Part shown: positions 50,367 through 59,980 of the stretch, one piece after another
Layout: the number at the start of each line of letters is the position of its first letter
Position numbering within the stretch: the stretch's first letter is position 1
Source of the DNA: Tubulanus polymorphus
Lineage: Eukaryota; Animalia; Nemertea
Direction: 5' to 3'
Assembly (NCBI RefSeq): GCF_964204645.1
Contig: NC_134034.1
Location: 13,467,062-13,531,061, forward strand
Length of the DNA stretch: 64,000 nucleotides
The notes under the pieces: model-generated
Told to the model about the DNA's origin: nothing
The model's input: the letters and a program-made list of their open reading frames with translations, nothing else
Database searches by the model: none
Made by a program: the position numbers and the translations under genes

Positions 50367-51467
50367 ATGCAGAATACCACCAGCGCAGTCGTTGAGTTGA
50401 CTGCTTGCGAGCAATGGAAAAAGAAACCTATCAGATGGGATTTTAAGTTCAGCGTATTGGCATACATCTATTTCGTTGGACCGGCGACGATTTTCAGTAT
50501 AATATTCAACAGCTTTACCTTCGTAATTTTGAACACAATGAAAAGTCGTTCTTATTACTTAGTCAAAGCGGTAGCGGTCAATGATGTTCTGTACTCGTTG
50601 TCTGTATTCGTCATGTACCCGCTTAGGACTATTCATGTTTACCGACTTCTGGGAGATATTGTTTTTCGTGTGGATGACTGGCATTTTGGAAGGGCATTTG
50701 TTAAAGTTTCTCACGGATGTTATTACATATTCTTGCTCACTCGCAACTGGTGTGTTTTCTTGTTGAGTTTTGAGAAGTGTGTAATTGTGTTGTTTCCTTT
50801 GAAATCACGTCTGTTTTGGAATAGAAAAGTTGTAAATTCTCTGTTAGTTATCATACACCTCGGTTCAGTAGCCATGTACTTTCCTCAACTCGTCCCCAGA
50901 TCTCCTTTCTTTTTTACAAAACCATGCGGTGAATCAGGACCGACAATAAGTATGAACAAAAAAGTCAAACTATGGCATTTTCCAGAATTGCTCTCAGTGT
51001 TTCTGAAATGGAACAAAGCGATATTGAAATGGCCGGAATTCATATTCGGGGTTTAGATTCCGATGACATTCCTGTTTATAACAAACACAGCCTTAATCGT
51101 GATTCTCCTTTTTAAACGCACGTCACGCGGTAAGATGCTGCAGTCTGCGCAAAAAACCGAAATCAAAACGGAATCGAGTTCGATAGAGACACGAGTGATG
51201 AGAATGGTTGTAACAGTTGTGTCTGTTTATATCGCATGCGAGTCAGTGTTTCTTATTGACCGACTCGTATCAGCGGGTTACATAAACCTGAAGGGCAGAT
51301 ACAAATACGGAATGGTCGTCCGGAAAACGGGTATCGGACTGACTGTGGTCGATTCGTGCGCTAACTTTCTTATCTATAGCATTACAAACCCAAATTTCAG
51401 ACAAGCTGGCACGAAACTATTACAGAGCTTTGTCAATCGCCTGAAGCCCCGCGCCCGCTGTCGATAG
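50367..51467 (+). pseudogene. Intronless orphan rhodopsin-class GPCR interrupted by one in-frame TAG (51054-51056)
   Basis: ORFs 50367-51056 and 51063-51467 are in the same frame (EFIFGV*IPMTFLFITN, within TM5). TM2 VAVND, TM3 EKCVIVLFPL, TM6 VYIACE, TM7 DSCANFLIY..NPNFR are intact on both sides. Confidence 0.8.
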
Positions 51468-53049
51468 ATTCCAGCGATTAGATTTAGTTTGAATATTTAG
51501 TTTGTAGTCTCGCTGTCTGTAGAATCTTTATGAAGGTTATCCCCATTTCAAGACTGCAAAATGTCGTGTAATTATGAAATTTTGCACAGCTCTGATTAAG
51601 TGGTATATACTGCTGTGGGGTACATCAATTCGCGGGACATTTCCAATCAAAACACAACAACATCATTCCCAACATAAACTAAGAATTGCTTTTTGTATAA
51701 TACATTTCCAATGGACGGGCAGTGTTCTTAGTAAAGTGTCATGTAAGCATATATTATATATTATCCGACAGAGATCTGTGGATGAAACTATATATAATTA
51801 TTCACCTTGGTAACGCGAAGTTTCAGATATCGTTGGTATTAATTACGTGTAACGCAGCATGATGTCTGAAATATCATAAATATAGGCTGCCGAATACAGA
51901 CTTTGAGATTCAAGTATCGATTTAAATCCCACGATAATCGGTCCATGGTTTATATGTATGGAAAAGTTGCGTAAAATCTGAAATATAAACTACAATAGTT
52001 TCGCCCGTTTCCCTTATTCAAAAGAATTTGCACCAGCTGACCTCTACCGTCCATTATTGAGAGGCTACCTCCTGACGAATTGCACCGATTTGTACCCATG
52101 AACATTTTTCTTTGTTTCAAAATATTCTCACAACATATCTGCCATTCGCTCACATACCAATATTGAATTTGATTATGTTAAGTAAGTTACGTATTCACAC
52201 CAAAAAAGGAGTTCATGATAAAGAAATGTTAAAGTGACAATCAAAATATAGCTGGGGCAATTTAATAATTATTATTTGGTCAAGAAACTGCTCCTCGATT
52301 GAAATCGGTATTTTTCGATAGGAAAGCATCAACGTTTGATTGTTGCTAAAAACTTCATGAAACGGTTGAAAGGTTTTAACGTGAATCATATTTATTTTTA
52401 TACAACAATTATAGAAAATGCCAGATTAAGTGCTTGAGGAATTAAAATGTAAGTTCCTTAAACACGACGACTGTATATTAAAAAAGACCAATCATAATGG
52501 ACGTATAAACTAGGACAATTTACTAATGTTCATATATACTCATTTATCAAAAAAACTGCAACTCTTTTTTCCGATAGGACCTTTATCACATCGCATACTG
52601 AAAACTACAACTGCGAAAAAGTTGCTATAAACTAAACTATTAACAATTGAAGAGTAATAACATGATGATGAAGATGTATGTTGTTTTATTATTATGACAA
52701 CTATTATTTATCATATAAGTTCCTCATGAACAAACACGTGAACTGTATTACAAAAACAGTTCAACATAAGATGCATTAAACTAGAGATAAAACCTAGAAT
52801 ACACTCTGAAAAGACTAAGATTAACAAATCAATCTATAATTTCATTTTCATTGACTTTATTTTCAATCATTGTAGGCTGATATGGATAACAGTTTATATG
52901 TAATTATTATCACAAATCATTCAAAGCTATATATGCTCAACTAAGTATGAAAATTATCTGAACTTAAGTTCACAATGTTGATATTATATCTCAGTAAAGG
53001 TGCAACTCAACCGACCTATGAGTCAAAACTAGCTGGAGTCTTCGGTGGT

Positions 53050-54521
53050 CACTTCTGGATGGTAGGATCTAGATGACTAATGTATCTCATGCTGGGCCTT
53101 TCCAGATTCATCTTTAGCTGGAATAAGAAAAAGAATGATTTTCTGTAGTCACACAATTCTTTGATTAATTGTAATTGACATGTGTATCAACTTAACTTTC
53201 TTAAGATTGCCGAGCATCCCTTTTTCATCATCGTATGGTGTCATCTTCTTAATCATGGTGGGCCTGTTCAGATTAAGTTTACCTGAAATGAGTTTAAGAA
53301 CGACATTCGGTAGTTACACAATTCTTTCATAAATTGTAATTGTCATGTGTATCAACTTAACTTTCTCAAGATTGCCGAGTTCAGTATCGTCTTGTTGTAG
53401 CATCCTTTCATCGTTATCTTCTGTCATCTTGGGGCGTCGTCGTCTTCTGGGGGAGTCCTGAAATGAAAAAAGGAACAGAGATGAAAACCTGGTACGGAAC
53501 AAAACTAATGTCCGAAAGTGTCGGCTCCCGGCACAAGTCATGTGCAGAGGATACCAGAAAAAGAGTCAGCCAGGAATTTACTGCCCTCAACACACCCTCA
53601 CACAAAACGCGAAAACCTGAATGTCAACGCCTCACGTTCACCATCTAACCACAGGGTGTACTGGGTGATGTTAGTAACTGACACACCTGTAAGTTTGTTC
53701 AAGACAAAAATAGCGCAGTACAACCAGATTGCCCGAATTGAGATTCAGGATCTCAACTAGCACTCAAAGGCGTGACAAGAGACTTCATCCCTGCCCGAGG
53801 TAGTCACAAGGACTCAATGAAACTAGCACTCACAAGCCGACAAGAGACTTCATCTCTGCCCGAGGTTGTCACAAGGACACAATGAAAACTAGCACTCAAA
53901 CTAGAAATCAAAGGGCGAGACAGTAGAATCATCCCTCATCCGAGTGGTCACAAGGACCAATGAATACTAGTGGCGTGACAGTCCAGTTTAACCACTCCAT
54001 TTTCACCGCGAACATCCTACAGATTTGCCCGTCATTAACGTCGCCAAGCACACTCTGCAGTTAGATAATGAACGTGAAGCAGTTGTCTTCCTGGTTTTCG
54101 TGTTCCGTATGAGGGCGTGTAGAGGGCAGCATTTCCTGACAGACTCTTTTTCTGACATCCTCTGCACATGACCGGCGAAGGGGCCGACGCTTTCGGACAT
54201 GTGTTTTGTTCCATAGAACGTTGAAAATCGATAGAGAAATCGGCCCTGAAAAAAAAGAAGGAATTAGACGCTGGAAAATATAACGGATTAATAAACACAG
54301 AACAGTAACACATAAAACATAAAGACGTCGTTCCTCACAAGGGAGGAACCAGCTTGTAGAGCGCAGCGTCATCGCGAGGATGATCGCCGGGATGAACGCC
54401 ATATTCGAAATCCTGTCAGCACAGTGTGAAGATCAAGAGATGAATGACTGGCCTAGTGATTCTACTCACCGTCGACCGGTGGCGTATTTCAATACTGACC
54501 AATAGGCAGTCGCGCTGTTGT
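53050..54521 (-). ncRNA. Putative spliced minus-strand transcript without a consistent long ORF (lncRNA or decayed gene)
   Basis: Pyrimidine-rich AG acceptors on the minus strand give exons starting at 54521, 54412, 54245, 53457, 53282 and 53117, with donors after 54470 (gtgagt), 54339 (gtgagg), 53362 and 53197 (gttaag). Reading frames do not join into one protein. Confidence 0.4.
53493..54215 (-). repeat. Long imperfect inverted repeat (arms 53493-53700 and 54010-54215) around three ~65-nt tandem units
   Basis: The reverse complement of 54010-54215 aligns end to end with 53493-53700 (shared blocks such as ggaacaaaac, atgtccgaaag, gtcatgtgcagaggat, cagaaaaagagtc, tcacgttca), roughly 75% identical by eye. 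Confidence 0.9.
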
Positions 54522-55613
54522 CTGTTGAAAGGGTTTACATTGAAGTTTGTCCACCGTTCCGCTGTTACACCCACCGGGCGATCGTGACGTCACCTCTGTA
54601 ATACATCCAGCATATAGACCAGGCACACGGGTACCATTGAATATTGATCTATAGAAATATCTCTGAACAGTTCGAATTGTCGAAGTTACCGCATGATAAA
54701 ACACTGACGCGACGTCACCTTTATACACCCGGCATATAGAATAAACTTGATAGAAAAATAATAGCAAACAATTTGAATCCCCACTGCTCCTATACTGCGA
54801 TGATGCTGATCGTTTACAGACCCTTGGTTGCAACGAAGTTTGTTAATCCTTTACCGACGGTTATACTACGTAATAAAATACAAAGAACATCAACCAACTT
54901 AATTATATAAAATGAACGTAAATTTCCTCAAATGGTGAACGCAGTTGGTAGACTACTGAAGAGGCTGACCTACTTTCTAAATGAAGTATAACGCCCCGCT
55001 GAGATGGAATGTTATACTGTATTCTGGAATCCGTCGATACTTTTAAACGAATACCTCAAACATCATTTTGGGAAAGCTTTTTAACATTAATTGAATTATC
55101 GATTGATTGATTCAATTATTTCTAGCAAAATATCAGATAACCATCTAATTCATTATCGACTGATTCGTTCTATGGACACAAACAAACAAGTCTAGTTCAT
55201 GAATTCTTGCCCTATGAGACCTAATTTGATACTATGTGACTTCCAAAAGTAGGGTAAATTGTAAATTTTGATACAAATATACAGCTTTGAATCGTTAAGG
55301 CCATAGCCCCAGACTAATGGCAAGTGGATAATAGAAATGAGTTTACAGGGTTAGGTTTTTTTTTTTGGGGGGGGGGGGTAGTTAAGCTTTAGAGTACCAT
55401 AGTTTAAAAGGTTAGGGTTCAGAGGGTTAGAATCGCCAATTCATTGCTATTTTTATCCTTTTGCGCCGATCGTTGCGATCGCATGATACGCGCGATACAA
55501 TCGTGATATTCAACCAGAATCGCGAATTCTTTAGAATCGCATGCTATCCTTTTGCGACTCGATCGTAGCGATCGTAATGCCAGAGGCTAGTGGTCAACCG
55601 TTAATGATATATT

Positions 55614-55967
55614 CAGGGGCGGATCCAGGGGGATGGGTAGACAATATTGGAAGAAAATTTAAGGGCACCTTTCTGATCTTAGGGCACACCCAGTACCCAG
55701 GTCAATGCGAGTGCTGAAGGTGCGACGTCCTTCGAAGGGGGTATGGGGGCCCTCCCCTGAAAATTTTGAAAATATGGTACCATTTAAAGGCTTTTAGAGG
55801 GCTTCTAGAGACTAATTCAGCGCAATCCAGAATAAACGACCCGGACACGGAATTAGCGGTTGCTGAAATAATGCCGTCAAAAATATTGCCGGTGAAATTT
55901 CGAAGGGCACTTAAAAATTCTAGACCGTATTGGGCAATACGGCTAATACGGTCTGGATCCGCCTCTG
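55614..55967. mobile_element. MITE with caggggcggatccag TIRs
   Basis: caggggcggatccag ... ctggatccgcctctg flanked by atatt on both sides. Confidence 0.7.
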
Positions 55968-56311
55968 ATATTCAATTCATATAATCGTAGAATAGCGTTT
56001 TGAAATCATATGAATCACAAATTGATATATTATTTCCTTAAACTATGAATAGAATCGAAAAGATCGCAAATACTGTGTGATTGTGCTATTCAGAAATACC
56101 GCACCGTTCTCCAAGTTTATTCGACTAAGAACAAAAACTAGATTCGGTGCAAGAATACTCGTATAGATTCGGTGCAATCCAGCTATTCGGAGCAAACCTT
56201 GCTAAGCACCGAGTGACCACGCTATTCGTGATATAACCCTTACTTCACTTCCTGGTTTCTGTCAAAAATAGCAAATATTTTGGTTAATATTTCGTCCTTA
56301 GTTTTTTAAAT

Positions 56312-59300
56312 ATGCAAGAGAAGATGTTGTCATCTCTATTGAAACAACATCAACAAAAACAACAAGCCAGAAAAGACTCTCAGGGTAAAGAACAACCACA
56401 AGAGACTAATCGATTAGTATCAGGAAATACTCCTTCCGTCACAGAGTGGTGAACAACTGGTACTCGCTCACGGAAGATATAGTGAATGCTCCATCTACAA
56501 ATGCTTTCAAATTACGTCTCGATAAACACTGGCAAGAAAAGCATTTCCTACTACGGGTCGAGCACTACTAACTTGGACCTGAATGTTATCGGAATTCACG
56601 GATGTTGTTATGTTTTCCGCTATTACCAAAGTGCTGGCAATACCTGGCAACTTAAGCGAAACACCGAGGCAGTCAAATTTATAGGCCAATAGGCCTTCTT
56701 CAATGACTGCGAAAACGATACGATACGATACGATAGTATTGAGTTGTATCTTTGCTATCCGTCCTGACTTTGTTGACACCCACCGAAAAACCGCTTACAA
56801 TAAATAATGTTTATTTATATACATTGATATCTATAGTATACGTTATTTAAGGGGTTCTGTGTGAGTCGATATTAAGCACTACGTCATCAATATTGGCGTT
56901 TCAAAATAATTACAATTGTGAATTTTGGTGTTCGTTTAAATAGATATAGGCCTATATCGATGATCAGCCGGGCCTATATCAGGGCTCCTCTGATTGCCGG
57001 TCGTGTTGTTTTCAAGGCGTCGATGAATTTTAAAGTTTGTTTCCGTGTTCATTTTTCAGAGAAAAAGAAGAAAGAAGTGACGACTGCTGTAACTAAACTG
57101 ACACACGCTCTAGTTGACCATCTGAACGCTGGGTAAGAACTAAACCAGTGCTTCTAGCCTGATATCAGTCAATATAGAAAATAAAATATGGGTCCAAGAG
57201 AAGAAAAGGTTAGAAGATTAGGACAGGACAGGCGTAGGATAGATAAATCTGCTGAGATGAAGGTCACGGTCCAGTTTCACAAAATCTTATTGCATAGATT
57301 GAATTTCTTCATTATTTCAGTTTATCTTAAACCTTTCAATGCTGACTAATTGATACCCAAAATTGCTGGAGATAATTCGAAAATTTTGAATTTTAAAAAT
57401 GCACTGAATAGTGGGCATACCGCTGTAAGTGCGTTAACACCACGGTGCGATGTATCGTTAGGCTACTAGTAAAGTCTGTCACCGGTTTATACACCGCACT
57501 GATGGGTGGACGCGCTGAAAATGTTAAATCAATTCACGAGTTAATCATGTTTTGTGAAACGACCTCGGTTATAAGCGGGGATGACAACGGTAGGCTACCG
57601 GTACGTCACATTACAAGCCGGTATAATGTTAATTGTTTCAGCGTTGCGCAGGCTTACGTGAATCAGAAAAAGTTAGACACTGAAACGAAGATCTTGCAAG
57701 CAAATGCCGCCCAGTTCGCTAAACAGACAACACTCTGGTTGAGACTTGTCGAGGACTTCAATACAGCCTTGAAGGTTTGTTAGTTGAATGTCTAATATCT
57801 GGTGTTTGTAGTCCATTTCCAATTAAAGATATCTCAGGTGAAATACTGAACACATGTGGACGATCAGTTATTGAAATGTGCCGATGAAATGTCTAATATC
57901 TTGTGTTATTGGGATGAAAGTATGTACTCAATTTGATTTATTTGTTTTTCTCAGGAAATAGGCGATGTTGAGAACTGGTCTCGCAGCATGGAAACCGACA
58001 TGAGAACGATATCCAGTGCTTTAGAATACGCTTATAAAGGTATTTACAAAAACTCTGCATGACGTTTCTTTCTTCTCATTTCATCCCACCGCGATATTCA
58101 ATGGTCTTTAAAAGTTATCTAATGAATTAACTATGAATTCCTGCTCCTGGCTCTCCCTCTCCCCTCTCCCTCACCCTCTCCCATTGCCTCTCCCTCTCCC
58201 ATTGCCTCTCCCTCACCCTCTCCCTCTCCCATTGCCTCTCCCTCTCCCATTGCCTCTCCCTCTCCCTCCCCTCTCCCTCTCCCCTCTCCCTCACCCTCTC
58301 CCTCACCCTCTCCCTCTCCCATTGCCTCTCCCTCTACCATTGCCTCTCCCTCTCCCTCCCCTCTCCCTCTCCCTCTCCCTCTCTCCCTCTCTCCTGTTTA
58401 GTTCTATAGTTAGTTCGAATAAATATACTTTTCAAAGTCCTAGAATTCCTAGATACGCTGTCAAGAGTTAAGATAAGACCGGGGCCTTATTGAACGCTTG
58501 CAACCAAATATGATTAAAAGTAGAACTAAAATGAGTTTAAACTGGTTTCAAGTAGTGAGATTGATTATAGACCTGAAATGAGCTTGGACTGGTCTTAAGT
58601 TGTTAGTTTGGTTATGGAACCAAAGTAAGCTTAGACTGGTCTTTAGTTGTCAGATTGGCTATAAAACCAAAATGAGCTCAGACCGGTCTTAATAAGTAAG
58701 CCTTGACTATGCAGCTGGTCCTTGTTCTTTGAACCTTCAACCTTTAAGTAGAGTAGAAATATATTATAACCGGAAAGCTGTATATTTTTCTTCCGCTGTC
58801 GATTAAAGCTGAAAGAAAGTGGTACGTCTATGATCTTACAATACGTGTAGTTAGTTTCATTGTTGATTGTTGCTTTGTCTTGTTCATCTACAACTTAATT
58901 TGCTGACAACTGGTGGTACTTGGATACCAGTTGTGTGTCATTATAATCACAAGTAGTCCCATATTAAAATCATATTTCTCAATATTATTTAGTTACTTAC
59001 ATCACTAATGCCAGCCGGGTACGCACCAATTTAGATGCATGATTTTTAAATAAATGTCATGAATATCTGCACTCAATTCAGATCTGTTCGATTTGCTTTT
59101 TGTTCGATCTTGATTTGGTTTTGTTCTGAACTTAGTATTAGACCGTCCAACTCTACTATCAAATTTTGTCCGAAGAAATCCGACTTGAGCAGAGTCTTCT
59201 GTACCATCCAACTCAGATGTCATTCTCAAGTCAAAAGAGGTGACTTGAGCGGAGTCTACTGTATCATCCAACTCAGATATCACTCTCAAGTCAAACGGTC

Positions 59301-59669
59301 TTACTTGAGTGGAGTCTACTGTACCATCCAACTCAGATATCACTCTCAAGTCAAAGATCAGACTTGAGCGGAGTCTACTGTATCATCCAACTCAGATATC
59401 ACTCTCAAGTCAAAGATCAGACTTGAGCGGAGTCTACTGTATCATCCAACTCAGATATCACTCTCAAGTCAAAGATCAGACTTGAGCGGAGTCTACTGTA
59501 TCATCCAACTCAGATATCACTCTCAAGTCAAAGATCAGACTTGAGCGGAGTCTACTGTATCATCCAACTCAGATATTGCTGCTTTTATTCGCGAGGGGTT
59601 TAGTTTGTAAAAGAATTCTGTATTTAAAATACATGTGATGCGTGGTTATTTTTTGCAGGAGAGCAATGA
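56312..59669 (+). CDS. BLOC1S1: Biogenesis of lysosome-related organelles complex 1 subunit 1 (BLOS1/GCN5L1)
   Basis: Exons 56312 (or 56324)-56384, 57060-57132, 57642-57774, 57955-58039, 59659-59669 (an unspliced alternative end stops at 58062). Gives [73 protein letters not shown]. Confidence 0.95.
56388..56735 (+). mobile_element. 5'-truncated CR1/L2-clade LINE 3' end in BLOC1S1 intron 1
   Basis: Translates to [38 protein letters not shown], the typical C-terminus of CR1-group ORF2, followed by a short 3' UTR and a (CGATA)4 tail. Confidence 0.85.
58145..58395. repeat. (CCTCTC)n-type polypyrimidine tract
   Basis: About 250 bp of cctctc/ccattg/cctcac hexamers. Confidence 0.95.
59180..59576. 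repeat. 59-bp tandem repeat (~6.5 copies)
   Basis: Unit gacttgagcggagtctactgtatcatccaactcagatatcactctcaagtcaaagatca. Confidence 0.95.
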
Positions 59670-59832
59670 GCTACAAACTACCCTATCACCCGCGAGATTT
59701 ACCAACTGATTTAGGTCATCGAAATCTAGCTGCCGCGACTACAGAAGACAGCCCCGCCTCAAACGGTGACAAACACAAATAATCAATTGTTGTAATGATT
59801 TTATATATCATGTAAATATTTTGTAAAAACTT

Positions 59833-59980
59833 GGGACCCAATTCCGCAGTTGTGGATGATGCAGGGACCCAATTCCGCAGTTGTGGATGATGCAGGGACC
59901 CAATTCCGCAGTTGTGGATAATGCAGGGACCCAATTCCGCAGTTGTGGATGATGCAGGGACCCAATTCCGCAGTTGTGAA
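59833..59980. repeat. 31-bp tandem repeat (~4.7 copies)
   Basis: Unit gggacccaattccgcagttgtggatgatgca. Confidence 0.95.

Noticed and set aside
53760-53970. SECIS elements that could recode nearby stops
   Set aside because: No AUGA..AA..GA spacing, and the interrupting stops are TAG, not TGA.
58131-58471. Pro-Leu and Gly-Glu repeat ORFs
   Set aside because: Translation of a (CCTCTC)n microsatellite.
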